Shown in pieces: positions 16,792-26,661 of a DNA stretch of 64,000 bases. Each line of letters opens with the position of its first letter. The stretch's first letter is position 1. This stretch comes from an uncultured Collinsella sp. Lineage in GTDB: Bacteria > Actinomycetota > Coriobacteriia > Coriobacteriales > Coriobacteriaceae. The stretch lies in assembly GCA_965151385.1 (NCBI GenBank), contig CBCTZJ010000005.1, positions 6,935 through 70,934 on the forward strand, written 5' to 3'. The translations under genes and the position numbers were made by a program. Under the pieces are notes generated by a model. It did not search any database. It was given only the letters and a program-made list of their open reading frames with translations, and was not told where the DNA came from.

Positions 16792-19071
16792 CTAGTGACG
16801 CTTGCGGGTGGCCGTTGCCTTGCGGACGGAGGTCTTCTTGGTCGGAGCCTTTTCCTCGGCTGGAGCGGCGGGGGAGACCGGGGCCTTCTTGGCGGGCTCG
16901 GCCTTTGCCGTAGCCTTTGGAGCGGTCTTGACCTCTGCGGCCTTCGGCGCCGGCTTGGCCTTTACTGACGGCTTTTCCTCGGCCTTAGCCTTTGCCTTGG
17001 GAGCTGCAGCCTTGGTTGTGGCCTTTTTGGCCGTCGTCGTAGTGCGCTTGCGCGTGGTGGTCTTGGCGGCCGGCTTTGCCTCGACAGTTACCTCGGCCTT
17101 GGACTCGGCGGTCGTCTCCACCACTTCGGCGGCCGGCTTTGCGGCGGCCTTCGTCGTGACAGTCTTCGTGGTCGTCGACTTCGTTGCCGTGGTCTTTTTG
17201 GCTGCCGTGGCCTTCTTGGCAGTCGTGGCCTTGGTTGCAGCCGTCTTCTTGGCAGCGGTCTTGGCCGGAGCCTTTGCCGCCGGCTTAGTCTCGGCGGCGG
17301 CCTCGTCCTTTACCTCGGGAGCGACCTCGGCCTCGGTGGCCTTCTTGGCAGCGGCGGTCGTGCGCTTGCGCGTGGTCGATGCCTTGGTAGTGGTTGCCTT
17401 GGTGGCGGTGGTCTTCGTGGTCGTGGCCTTTTTAGCCGTCGTCTTGCGGGCCGTCGTCTTCTTGGCGGCAGGCTTCGCAGCGGGCTTAACCTCAGGCTCG
17501 GGCTCGTGAGTAGCCTCGACCTTCACCTCAGGATCGGCCTTAACGACCTCAGCAGCAACCGGCTCCTCGACAGTCGTCGCAGTCTCCACACCCGCCGGCC
17601 TCTCAATCTCCGGATGCATAAAGAAGTACAGGTCCAGATACTTGTCGGCCGAGCGCGTCCAGCTAAAGTCCTGGCTCATGGCCTGCGTGACCAGCTGGTT
17701 CCAAGCGTCGCGGTTATCCCAGAACAGGCGCGCCGCGCGGAAGACCGCGTCGCCCATCTCGTCGCCATTAAAGTTGCTAAACGAGAAGCCCGTACCCTCG
17801 CCGGTAAACTCGTTATACGGGATAACGGTGTCCTTCAAGCCACCGGTCTCGCGCACGATTGGCAGGGTGCCGTAGCGCATGGCGATGATCTGCGACAGAC
17901 CGCAGGGCTCAAACTTCGAAGGCATCAGGAACATGTCGGCGGCGGCGTACATACGCTGCGACAGCGCCGGGTCAAATTCGATGCGCGCGGCCATGGTGCC
18001 GGGGTACTTGTCCTGGAAGTAGCGCAGGCCGTCCTCGTAGTCGCGGTCGCCGGTACCCAGCACGGCCACCTGAACGCCGCCGGACAGGATGCGGTCGAGT
18101 GCGTACATGACCAGGTCCATGCCCTTCTGGCGCGTCAGGCGCGTGACCATCACCATAAGCGGGCGGTCGTCGCGAACCTCGAGGCCCAGCTCCTCCTGCA
18201 GCTTGGCCTTGCACACGGCCTTGCCGGAACGGTCGTCAACCGTGTAGTTGGCGGCAATGCGCTTGTCGGTTGCCGGGTCAAAGGCCGCCACGTCAATGCC
18301 GTTGAGGATGCCCTGCAGCGCGTAGGAGCGCTCGCGCAGCACGCCGTCCAGGCCCTCGCCAAACTCGGGCGTCTGGATCTCGCCCGCATAGGTGGGGCTC
18401 ACCGTGGTGATGGCATCGGCATAGTGCAGCGCGCCCAGCATGTAGTTGATGCTGCAGACGTCGCAGCGCAGCTGCGTAGCTGCCGCCGGAATATGCGCCA
18501 CACCCAGGATGTCTTCCATCACGGAGTCGCTAAACTGGCCCTGGAACGCCACATTGTGGATCGAGAACACGGTCTTGACGCGGTCGTACAGCGGCAGGCC
18601 CTGGTAGAACTCGCGCAGGAACACGGGCGCAAGTGCCGTCTGCCAGTCGTTGCAGTGTAGGATGTCGCACTCAAAGCCCTCGGGCAGGTGCTGCAGGCTC
18701 TCGGTGATGGCCTTGGAGAAGAACGCGAAGCGCTCGCCGTCATCAAAGAAGCCGTACGGATAGTCGCGCGCAAAGTAGCGCTCGTTGTCCACGAACATAT
18801 AGGTGACGCCGTCGCGCTCGAGCTTCTCCAGCCCGCAGTACTCGTTGCGCCAGCCCAGGCTCACGTAAAAGTCGGCAAAGTGCTCCATCTGCGCCTTGTA
18901 CTCGTCCTTGATGGTTGCGTACTTGGGCACCATCACAATGACTTCGGCACCGGCGCGCACGAGTGCCGCAGGCAGCGAGCCCGCCACGTCACCCAGGCCA
19001 CCGGTCTTAACAAACGGTGCGCACTCGGCCGAGGCAAACACGATCTGCATCTTTTTGCTGGAATCTGCCAT
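16792..19071 (-). CDS. glgA: glycogen synthase with ~270-aa Lys/Ala/Thr-rich C-terminal tail
   Basis: N-terminal KTGGLGDV motif and a GT5 core of about 485 aa, then a low-complexity basic tail (AAKKATTAKK..., TTRKRTT twice). The start is 19083 or, more likely, 19071 (gggaga SD). Confidence 0.92.
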   Translation of the reverse strand: MADSSKKMQIVFASAECAPFVKTGGLGDVAGSLPAALVRAGAEVIVMVPKYATIKDEYKAQMEHFADFYVSLGWRNEYCGLEKLERDGVTYMFVDNERYFARDYPYGFFDDGERFAFFSKAITESLQHLPEGFECDILHCNDWQTALAPVFLREFYQGLPLYDRVKTVFSIHNVAFQGQFSDSVMEDILGVAHIPAAATQLRCDVCSINYMLGALHYADAITTVSPTYAGEIQTPEFGEGLDGVLRERSYALQGILNGIDVAAFDPATDKRIAANYTVDDRSGKAVCKAKLQEELGLEVRDDRPLMVMVTRLTRQKGMDLVMYALDRILSGGVQVAVLGTGDRDYEDGLRYFQDKYPGTMAARIEFDPALSQRMYAAADMFLMPSKFEPCGLSQIIAMRYGTLPIVRETGGLKDTVIPYNEFTGEGTGFSFSNFNGDEMGDAVFRAARLFWDNRDAWNQLVTQAMSQDFSWTRSADKYLDLYFFMHPEIERPAGVETATTVEEPVAAEVVKADPEVKVEATHEPEPEVKPAAKPAAKKTTARKTTAKKATTTKTTATKATTTKASTTRKRTTAAAKKATEAEVAPEVKDEAAAETKPAAKAPAKTAAKKTAATKATTAKKATAAKKTTATKSTTTKTVTTKAAAKPAAEVVETTAESKAEVTVEAKPAAKTTTRKRTTTTAKKATTKAAAPKAKAKAEEKPSVKAKPAPKAAEVKTAPKATAKAEPAKKAPVSPAAPAEEKAPTKKTSVRKATATRKRH

Positions 19072-19161
19072 ATTGTCTCCCATGTTGCAATTCGAGAATA
19101 GCCGCCTGGCGCTAACCGGGCGGCTATTCTACATGTTACGAGCGATGTTGCGGTGCCAACG

Positions 19162-20289
19162 TTAACGTACGATGGTGGTGTCGGAAGTTAACGGAGCCTT
19201 GCCCAGCACCAGGATGTTCTCGGGCGTGCCGCGAAGCTCGGTGTTGGTGGGAACCACATTGTTCTTGTCCAGGATGGCATTCTCAACGCGAGCGCCGCTC
19301 TTGATGATGCAGCTCTGGTTGATGATCGAGTTGGTCACCGAGGCGCCCTCCTCAACCACGACGCCGCGCGACAGGATCGAGTTGCGCACGGTACCCTTGA
19401 TGATGCAGCCGGCAGAGATGATCGAGTTGCACGCGTGGCTGCCGGTCGCATAGCGCGAAGGCGGCACGTCGTGGGCCTTGGTCAGGATCGGGCGCTCGGG
19501 ATCGAAGAGCTGGTCGGCCACGGTCTGGTCGAGCAGGTCCATGCTGCGACGATACAGCGACTTCTCGCTAAACACGCCCACGACCTCGCCCTTGTATTCG
19601 TAGCTGCACACGTCGATGTTGCCAAAGTCGCCCTGGAGTGCCTCGAGCAGGTCCAGATAGTCGGCGGCCTGGTAGTGGTCGATAATCTCGAGCAGCGTCT
19701 CGCGGTTGACGATGCAGCAGTCCATAGAGGCGTTGTCGCCGTACGCGACGCCAGCGCTCACGCCCGTCAGGCGACCGTTCTCGTTAATCTCGAGTTTGGT
19801 CTCGTCATCGACGTTGCGCGTGGCCTTGCAGTACACCACGGTCATCTGGGCACCGGAGTTCTCGTGCGCGTCGATGATGGTGTTGAGATCCATGTTAAAG
19901 ATGATGTTGGTGCCCATCATCACAACATAGGGCTTGTCCGAGCGCTGGAACAGCGTCTTGTTGGAGATGATGTCGCGCAGCAGGAAGCGCATGCCGCCCT
20001 TGGTGGTGCCATACGCGTTGCCGGGCACCATGAACAGGCCGCCCTTCTTGCGGTCCAGGCCCCAGTCCTTGCCCGAGCCAACGTGGTCGATCAGCGAGCG
20101 GTAGTTGCCCGGCATGACGACGCCGACGGTCTTAATGCCGGCATTCATCATGTTGGACAGCGGAAAGTCGATCAGGCGGTAGCGGCCCAAAAAGGGAACG
20201 GACGCGATGGGGCGGTCCTTGAGCAGCACGCTACCGTAGCTCGAAGAGTAGTTAGCGGTGATATAACCGATGGCCTTGCGATTGATCAT
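19162..20289 (-). CDS. glgD: glucose-1-phosphate adenylyltransferase, GlgD subunit
   Basis: Paralogue of GlgC that lacks the GGxGxRL motif. It starts at MINRKAIGYI, 4 nt after the glgC stop, behind a gaaggggg SD. Confidence 0.85.
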   Translation of the reverse strand: MINRKAIGYITANYSSSYGSVLLKDRPIASVPFLGRYRLIDFPLSNMMNAGIKTVGVVMPGNYRSLIDHVGSGKDWGLDRKKGGLFMVPGNAYGTTKGGMRFLLRDIISNKTLFQRSDKPYVVMMGTNIIFNMDLNTIIDAHENSGAQMTVVYCKATRNVDDETKLEINENGRLTGVSAGVAYGDNASMDCCIVNRETLLEIIDHYQAADYLDLLEALQGDFGNIDVCSYEYKGEVVGVFSEKSLYRRSMDLLDQTVADQLFDPERPILTKAHDVPPSRYATGSHACNSIISAGCIIKGTVRNSILSRGVVVEEGASVTNSIINQSCIIKSGARVENAILDKNNVVPTNTELRGTPENILVLGKAPLTSDTTIVR

Positions 20290-20293
20290 CGGA

Positions 20294-21442
20294 TCATTCC
20301 CCCTTCCCGATAACGACGTCATTTCCAACGACGGCCGTATCCTTGGTGGTATCGACAGAGCCGAGCTTCACGCCCTCTTCGACCGTGGAGTTCTCGCCCA
20401 AAATAGCGCGGCAGATGTGCGCGCCGCTCTTAACGTGCGCACCCGGCAGCAGCACGGAGTCCTCGACCACGGCGCGCTCCTCGATGATGACATCGGTCGA
20501 AAGGATCGAGTGGCGTGCGGTGCCGTAGATCTTGCAGCCGTTGGAGACCAGGCAGTCGTCCAGGCGGCCGTCCGGGCCAATGTAGTGCGGCGGACGCGTG
20601 GTGATGTTGGACATGATGGGGAAGTGCTTGTCGAACAAATCGAACTCGGGGTTGTTGCCCAGCAGGTCCATCGAGGTCTCGTGGAAGCTGGCGATGGTGC
20701 CGACGTCCTTCCAAAAGCCGTGGAACTCGTAGCTGTACAGGCGCTTGCCCTCGCCGAGCAGCTTGGGGATGATGTCCTTGCCAAAGTCGTGGCTCGAGCG
20801 CTGGTCCAGAGCGTCCTCTTCGAGTGCCTCGATCAGCACGTCGGCCGAGAAGATGTAGATGCCCATGGACGCGAGGTTCGAATCGGGCTTATCGGGCTTC
20901 TCGGTGAACTTGGTGATGCGGCCGTCCTCGGGGTCGGTGGTCAGGATGCCAAAGCGGCTGGCCTCTTCCCACGGCACGGGCATGACGCTCACCGTGAGGT
21001 CGGCGTTGTTCTCAATGTGCGTCTTGAGCATCTTACGGTAGTCCATGCGATACAGGTGATCGCCCGAAAGAATCAGGACGTACTTGGGGTCGTTGGCCTT
21101 GATGTAGTCGAGGTTCTGCGTAATGGCGTCGGCCGTGCCCGCATACCATGCGCCGCCGGTCTGCGTCTCGTACGGCGGCAGGATCGATACGCCGCCGTCA
21201 CGGCTGTCCAGATCCCAGGCCTCGCCGGAGCCCACATAGGCATGCAGCAGGTAGGGACGGTACTGCGTCAGAACGCCCACCGTGTCGATGCCCGAGTTGG
21301 AGCAGTTGGACAGCGAAAAGTCGATAATGCGGAACTTGCCACCAAAGCTAACCGCCGGCTTAGCGATCTTTTGGGTGAGTGCCCCCAATCGGCTGCCCTG
21401 TCCTCCTGCGAGGAGCATCGCGATGCATTCTTTCTTACTCAT
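20294..21442 (-). CDS. glgC: glucose-1-phosphate adenylyltransferase
   Basis: [10 protein letters not shown] motif and a left-handed beta-helix C-terminus. Confidence 0.95.
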   Translation of the reverse strand: MSKKECIAMLLAGGQGSRLGALTQKIAKPAVSFGGKFRIIDFSLSNCSNSGIDTVGVLTQYRPYLLHAYVGSGEAWDLDSRDGGVSILPPYETQTGGAWYAGTADAITQNLDYIKANDPKYVLILSGDHLYRMDYRKMLKTHIENNADLTVSVMPVPWEEASRFGILTTDPEDGRITKFTEKPDKPDSNLASMGIYIFSADVLIEALEEDALDQRSSHDFGKDIIPKLLGEGKRLYSYEFHGFWKDVGTIASFHETSMDLLGNNPEFDLFDKHFPIMSNITTRPPHYIGPDGRLDDCLVSNGCKIYGTARHSILSTDVIIEERAVVEDSVLLPGAHVKSGAHICRAILGENSTVEEGVKLGSVDTTKDTAVVGNDVVIGKGE

Positions 21443-21550
21443 CGATTTCTCCTTCTGTCATCGATGTTCCTAAACCCATTAGCGACGGGCGCGGCGCAAC
21501 GTCACGCCCGTCGAGTAATGCCGTGCTGGCATAGGGGAGCTCGTGCGCCT

Positions 21551-23977
21551 TTACGCGTGCCAGATCTCGTCGCGGTACTCGCGAATGGTGCGGTCGCTCG
21601 AGAACCAGCCGCTCGAGGCGGTGTTGAGCAGTGCCTTGCGGTTCCAGGTCTCCTGGTCGCCGTAGCTGCCCGTGAGCTTCTCCCACGCATCCACGTAGCT
21701 GCGGAAATCGGCCATGACCAGGTCGGGGTCGTTGTTGTTCATGAGCTCGTTGTAGATGCTCTCAAAGTTGCCCGAAAGACCCGCAAAGGTGTTGTCCTTG
21801 AGCTCGTCCATCACGCGGCCCAGACGCTCACGGTCGCCGTTGAGGGTATCCCACGCAAAGTAGCTGTTCGATGCCCAGAGCTGCTCGACCTCGGGGGCGG
21901 TCAGACCAAAGATGGCCTCGTTCTCGCGACCGGCCAGGTCGGCGATCTCGATGTTAGCGCCGTCGAGGGTGCCCAGCGTAATGGCACCGTTCATCATGAG
22001 CTTCATGTTGGACGTGCCCGAGGCCTCCTTGCCGGCCGTGGAGATCTGCTCCGAAATCTCGGCGGCGGGGTAGATGAGCTGGGCGTTGCTCACGCGGAAG
22101 TTGGGGATAAAGCAGACCTTCATGACCTCGTTGACGCGCGGATCGTTGTTGATGACGTCGGCCACGGAGTTAATGAGGCGGATGGTCTCCTTGGCAAAGG
22201 TGTAGCTCGAGGCAGCCTTGCCGCTAAAGATGAAGGTCGTCGGCGTCACGTGGAAGTTGGGATCGGCGATGCGACGGTTGTAGATGTCCATCACCTTCAT
22301 GATGTTCATGAGCTGGCGCTTGTAGGCATGGAAGCGCTTCACCTGGACATCGAAGACGGTGTTGGGGTCAATGATCAGACCGGTTTCGGACTTGACATAG
22401 GCGGCCAGGCGCTCCTTGTTGGCGCGCTTGGAGGCACCCACGGCCTTCAGGAACTCGGTGTCGTCCTTAAACTCCTTGAGCTTCTCCAGCTCAAAGGCGT
22501 CCTTCAGCCAGCCGTCGCCAATGGCCTCGGTTACGAGCTTGGCATAGGTGGGGTTGGCCTCGGCAAAGAAGCGACGGTGCGAGATGCCGTTGGTCTTGTT
22601 GTTGAACTTCTCGGGCGTCAGGGCGTAGAAGTCCTTGAGCACGATGTTCTTGATGATGTCGGAGTGGATCTTGGCCACGCCGTTGACGCTGTGGCTGCAG
22701 ATCACGGACAGGTTGGCCATGCGAATCTCGCCGTCCCACAGGATGGCGGTCTGGCGCAGACGCTCCTGCCAGCCCTCCTGCGTGGTGTCGAACGACTCGT
22801 GCCAACGACGGCTGATCTCGTCGATGATCTGGTACACACGGGGGAGGAGCTTGGAGAACATGCCGATGGGCCACTTCTCCAGGGCCTCGGGCAGGATGGT
22901 GTGGTTGGTGTAGCTCACGACCTGCGTCACGATGCTCCAAGCGTCATCCCACTCGAGCTTTTTCTCGTCGATGAGGATACGCATGAGCTCGGGACCGCAC
23001 ATGGCGGGATGCGTGTCGTTGGTGTGGATGGCCACAAACTGCGGCAGCAGCTCCCAGTTCTCGCCGTGCTCCTTCTCAAAGGTGTCGAGCAGGCTGTAGA
23101 TGCCGGCCGAGACAAACAGGTACTCCTGCTTCAGACGCAGCAGACGGCCGTGCTCGCCGGCGTCGTTGGGGTAGAGGATGGCGCTGATGGCCTCGGCCTC
23201 GGCGCGCTCGGCATCGGCCAGGGCATAGTCGCCGCGGTTGAAGGCCTCAAGGTCAAAGTGCTCCTCGACCGGCTCGGCGGCCCAGACGCGCAGCTTGTTG
23301 ACGGTCTCACCGGCATAGCCCACCACGGGGATGTCATAAGGGACGGCCAGAATGTCCTGCGTGTCCACCGTGCGGTAGAACGTGCGTCCGTTCTCCTCAA
23401 AGCCCTCGACGTGGCCGCCAAACTTAATGGTCACGGCCTTGTCCTGACGTCGGACCTCCCAGGGATAGCCGTGGGTGAGCCACTCGTCCGTGGCCTCGAC
23501 CTGGCTGCCGTTGACGATCTCCTGCTTAAACAGGCCGTAGCGGTAGCGCATGCCGTTGCCGTAGCCGGCGATGCCCTCGGCTGCCATGGAATCCAGGAAG
23601 CATGCGGCCAGACGGCCCAGGCCACCGTTGCCCAGCGCCGGATCGGGTTCCTGGTTCTCGATGACGGAAAGGTCGAAGCCCATGTCGTCGAGCGCCTCGG
23701 CGACCATGTCGCGCACGCCAAAGTTGAGCAGGTAGTTATCGAGCAGGCGACCGATCAAAAACTCGATCGAGAAGTAGTACACGCGCTTCTTGCCCTCGGC
23801 GGTGGCACGGGCGTCGCTCTTGGTGGCAACGGTGCGGGCCTTCTCGGCCACGAGCTTGGCCAGGGCGTTAAAGCGGTCCAGATCGCTGGCGGCCTCGACG
23901 CTCTTGCCGCTAATGCTCATGACGGCATCGCGATAGAGCTCGGTAAACTCCTGCTTGTTGTCGAAGATCTTATTCAT
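21551..23977 (-). CDS. glgP: glycogen/maltodextrin phosphorylase
   Basis: 808 aa, GT35 family, with the EASGTSNMK pyridoxal-phosphate lysine motif. Confidence 0.95.
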   Translation of the reverse strand: MNKIFDNKQEFTELYRDAVMSISGKSVEAASDLDRFNALAKLVAEKARTVATKSDARATAEGKKRVYYFSIEFLIGRLLDNYLLNFGVRDMVAEALDDMGFDLSVIENQEPDPALGNGGLGRLAACFLDSMAAEGIAGYGNGMRYRYGLFKQEIVNGSQVEATDEWLTHGYPWEVRRQDKAVTIKFGGHVEGFEENGRTFYRTVDTQDILAVPYDIPVVGYAGETVNKLRVWAAEPVEEHFDLEAFNRGDYALADAERAEAEAISAILYPNDAGEHGRLLRLKQEYLFVSAGIYSLLDTFEKEHGENWELLPQFVAIHTNDTHPAMCGPELMRILIDEKKLEWDDAWSIVTQVVSYTNHTILPEALEKWPIGMFSKLLPRVYQIIDEISRRWHESFDTTQEGWQERLRQTAILWDGEIRMANLSVICSHSVNGVAKIHSDIIKNIVLKDFYALTPEKFNNKTNGISHRRFFAEANPTYAKLVTEAIGDGWLKDAFELEKLKEFKDDTEFLKAVGASKRANKERLAAYVKSETGLIIDPNTVFDVQVKRFHAYKRQLMNIMKVMDIYNRRIADPNFHVTPTTFIFSGKAASSYTFAKETIRLINSVADVINNDPRVNEVMKVCFIPNFRVSNAQLIYPAAEISEQISTAGKEASGTSNMKLMMNGAITLGTLDGANIEIADLAGRENEAIFGLTAPEVEQLWASNSYFAWDTLNGDRERLGRVMDELKDNTFAGLSGNFESIYNELMNNNDPDLVMADFRSYVDAWEKLTGSYGDQETWNRKALLNTASSGWFSSDRTIREYRDEIWHA

Positions 23978-24071
23978 ACGTTCCTTTCCCCCGGGGATGT
24001 TTCTCCCGGAACGGTTATGACTTGTATCCTACGCCCCCACGGGACGGGTAATTGCACCCGTAACGCTTTTG

Positions 24072-26330
24072 TTACGCTTTCTTGGCAGGAGCCTTAACAG
24101 CAGCTGTCTTGGCCTTGGGAGCAGTCTTTTTGGTGACCGCCTTCTTGGCCGTGGTCTTGGAAGCGGTCTTAGCGGCTGGCTTGGCAGCCTTCGCCTTGGC
24201 CGGAGCCTTCTTAGCAGCCGCGGCCTTGGGCTTTACCGAGGACGCACGCTTGCGCGTCGCCTTCTTGGGCTTCTCGACCACAGGCGGCTTATAGCTGCTG
24301 GGACCGCGGCGTTTAAGCACCACGCCTGCCAGGCCGGGCACCTTCATCTCGATGGAGTCCATCTGCCCGTTCCAGGGATAAGGCTCGCTCGAGCAGGTGT
24401 AGGGCTCCTCACCGGCGTATCCGCTGCCGCCAAATTCGGGACGGTCGGAATCGAAGATGACCTCCCAGTCACCCTCGCGCGGCACGCCCACACGGAAGCT
24501 CTCATAGCTCGCCGGATCAAAGTTGATCAGGATCACCAGGTCGTCATCGACGTCCTCGCCCTGACGCACAAAGCTCACAATGGACTGCTTGGAGTTGTCC
24601 GCGTCGATCCAGGTAAAGCCGTCGTCGGTGTAGCCGCGCTCGTACAGTGCGGGCTCGGCGGTGTACAGGTGGTTGAGCGCCTTGATAAACGCCTGATGAT
24701 GACGGTGAGTCTCGTACTCCTCGGTCAGGAACCACTGGATGGACTCGTAGTAGCGCCATTCAATAAACTGACCGATCTCGTTGCCCATAAAGTTGAGCTT
24801 GGCACCGGGGTGTGTCATCTGGTAGAAGGCCAGCGTGCGCAGGCCGGCAAACTGGCGCCACCAGTCGCCCGGCATGCGGCCGATGAGCGAGCACTTGCCG
24901 TGCACGACCTCGTCGTGGCTCAGCGGGCAGATGAAGTTCTCGGTAAAGGCGTACATGATGGAGAACGTGAGCAGGCCGTGGTTGCCGGGGCGCCACGGAA
25001 AATCGGTCTGCATGTAGTGCAGGGTGTCGTTCATCCAGCCCATGTCCCACTTGTAGTGGAAGCCCAGGCCGCCGTCCTGCGGCGGATAGGTCACGAGCGG
25101 CCACGCGGTGGACTCCTCGGCCATCATCATCACGTCGGGGTAGTGTGCCTCAACAGCGCAGTTGACCTGACGGATAAACGCGCTGGCGTCCAGGTCCTCC
25201 TCGGTACCGTACTTGTTGAACTTCTTTTGGCTGGGATCGTCAATGCCAAAGTTGAGGTACAGCATACTGGACACGCCGTCCATGCGAATGCCGTCCACGT
25301 GGAAGTTCTCGAGCCAGTACAGCACGTTGGAGACCAGGAAGGAGCGGACCTCGCCGCGGGCGAAGTCAAACTTGTGCGTGCCCCAGTTGGGGTGAATCTC
25401 GTGTTCAAACAGCATGTGGCCGTTAAAGGTGGCAAGGCCGTGGGAGTCGGCGCAAAAACCGCCGGGTACCCAGTCCATGATCACGCCGATGCCTGCCTCG
25501 TGGCACGCGTCGATAAAGTGCATGAGCTGCTGGGGGTTGCCGTAGCGCGACGTGGCGGCGTAGTAACCGGTCGTCTGGTAGCCCCAGGAGCCATCGAAGG
25601 GATGCTCCATAAGCGGCATGACCTCGATATGCGTGTAGCCCATGTCGCGCACGTAGTCCACGAGCTCAACCGACAGGTCGTCGTAGGTGTAAAACTCACC
25701 GCGCTGCGCGGGGAAGGGGTCCATGGGACCGGGGTAGTTGCCGTACTCGTCGGGCTCGCCCTGCGGCGCGTCGCCGTGCCGCTTCCACGAGCCAATATGC
25801 ACCTCGTAGATGTTAAGGGGCTGAGACATGTGGTTGTGGCTGGCGCGGCGCTTGAGCCATGCAGCATCGTTCCACTGGTAGCCATCGAGGGTCCACAGCA
25901 CGCTCGCCGTTCCCGGAGGGCACTCAGCCTTAAAGGCGTACGGATCGGCCTTGTAGAGCTTTTCGCCCTCGTTGGTCTCGATAAGGTATTTATAGAGCTG
26001 ACCTTGCTTGGCGCCAGGAATAAAGCCTTCCCAAATAGCGCTCGTATGCATGGGCACCAGCGGGTTGGCTTCCTCGTCCCAGTCGTTAAATTCGCCAATG
26101 ACATGGACGCTCTTTACGTCGGGCGCCCAAACGCAAAAACGCCAGCCGCGCGTACGGTTCTGCGTGTCGGGGTGCGCGCCCATCTTTTCCCAGCTGCGCT
26201 CCCACGTACCGATGCCAAACAGATAGACATCGTCTTTGGTGAGCTCCGGCGCATGCGGGGCGGCTTTACGGGTAGCAGGCTTTTTGGTTGCTGGCTTTAG
26301 CTTTGTATCGCTCACGTTTGATCCCATCAT
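24072..26330 (-). CDS. glgB: 1,4-alpha-glucan branching enzyme with ~75-aa Lys/Ala-rich C-terminal tail
   Basis: GH13 branching-enzyme blocks (DWVPGGF, GIRMDGV, AEEST, SHDE). The tail reads KKATRKRASSVKPKAAAAKKAPAKAKAAK.... The start is uncertain (26330/26327 or upstream). Confidence 0.93.
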   Translation of the reverse strand: MMGSNVSDTKLKPATKKPATRKAAPHAPELTKDDVYLFGIGTWERSWEKMGAHPDTQNRTRGWRFCVWAPDVKSVHVIGEFNDWDEEANPLVPMHTSAIWEGFIPGAKQGQLYKYLIETNEGEKLYKADPYAFKAECPPGTASVLWTLDGYQWNDAAWLKRRASHNHMSQPLNIYEVHIGSWKRHGDAPQGEPDEYGNYPGPMDPFPAQRGEFYTYDDLSVELVDYVRDMGYTHIEVMPLMEHPFDGSWGYQTTGYYAATSRYGNPQQLMHFIDACHEAGIGVIMDWVPGGFCADSHGLATFNGHMLFEHEIHPNWGTHKFDFARGEVRSFLVSNVLYWLENFHVDGIRMDGVSSMLYLNFGIDDPSQKKFNKYGTEEDLDASAFIRQVNCAVEAHYPDVMMMAEESTAWPLVTYPPQDGGLGFHYKWDMGWMNDTLHYMQTDFPWRPGNHGLLTFSIMYAFTENFICPLSHDEVVHGKCSLIGRMPGDWWRQFAGLRTLAFYQMTHPGAKLNFMGNEIGQFIEWRYYESIQWFLTEEYETHRHHQAFIKALNHLYTAEPALYERGYTDDGFTWIDADNSKQSIVSFVRQGEDVDDDLVILINFDPASYESFRVGVPREGDWEVIFDSDRPEFGGSGYAGEEPYTCSSEPYPWNGQMDSIEMKVPGLAGVVLKRRGPSSYKPPVVEKPKKATRKRASSVKPKAAAAKKAPAKAKAAKPAAKTASKTTAKKAVTKKTAPKAKTAAVKAPAKKA

Positions 26331-26548
26331 GACGCGGCAGCGTGTTGCCTTGGTGACTACATGCGAAAGGTCCAAGGCTGCACGAATCGAAGGGACGGCG
26401 ATAGTTCTATGATTCGTTCCACCTCGCGTGCTCGGTGGAACTTTCGGCAAAAACTACGATAACACCTGTACGTTAGTTTTATGAACGAAAGTGGATTTGC
26501 GGTGGCGTTTAATCGGTAAGCGCCACGTTTATACCACTGGCAGAATTG

Positions 26549-26640
26549 CGATGGTAAAACTCTTGACAGCTTTACCAATTAGGGTTTCTAGATTGTTAGG
26601 TTGACGTTTGGTAAAACGTTTTTAGCAGGTTGTTTACCAT
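26549..26640. promoter_or_regulatory. four CGTTT(T)ACCA-type boxes arranged as two inverted pairs in the glgB / HAD divergent promoter region
   Basis: tggtaaaac 26552-26560 with tttacca 26571-26577. tggtaaaac 26609-26617 with gtttacca 26632-26639. This is the same motif as at 16461-16505. Confidence 0.5.
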
Positions 26641-26661
26641 TTGACATTGAAAGGCTCGTTT

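Noticed and set aside
16802-17509. Periodic GC-rich repeats first considered as a tandem-repeat or CRISPR-like array, and a 235-aa + strand ORF
   Set aside because: The periodicity is imperfect and codes for the Lys/Ala/Thr tail of GlgA on the minus strand. There are no identical direct repeats with unique spacers. The + ORF is its antisense shadow.
20270-24097. 1275-aa + strand ORF spanning glgC, the intergenic region and glgP
   Set aside because: It is antisense to two genes with unmistakable motifs and crosses an intergenic spacer. It has a low-complexity high-GC shadow composition.
24069-26300. 743-aa + strand ORF
   Set aside because: It is antisense to glgB and shows the same shadow-ORF properties.
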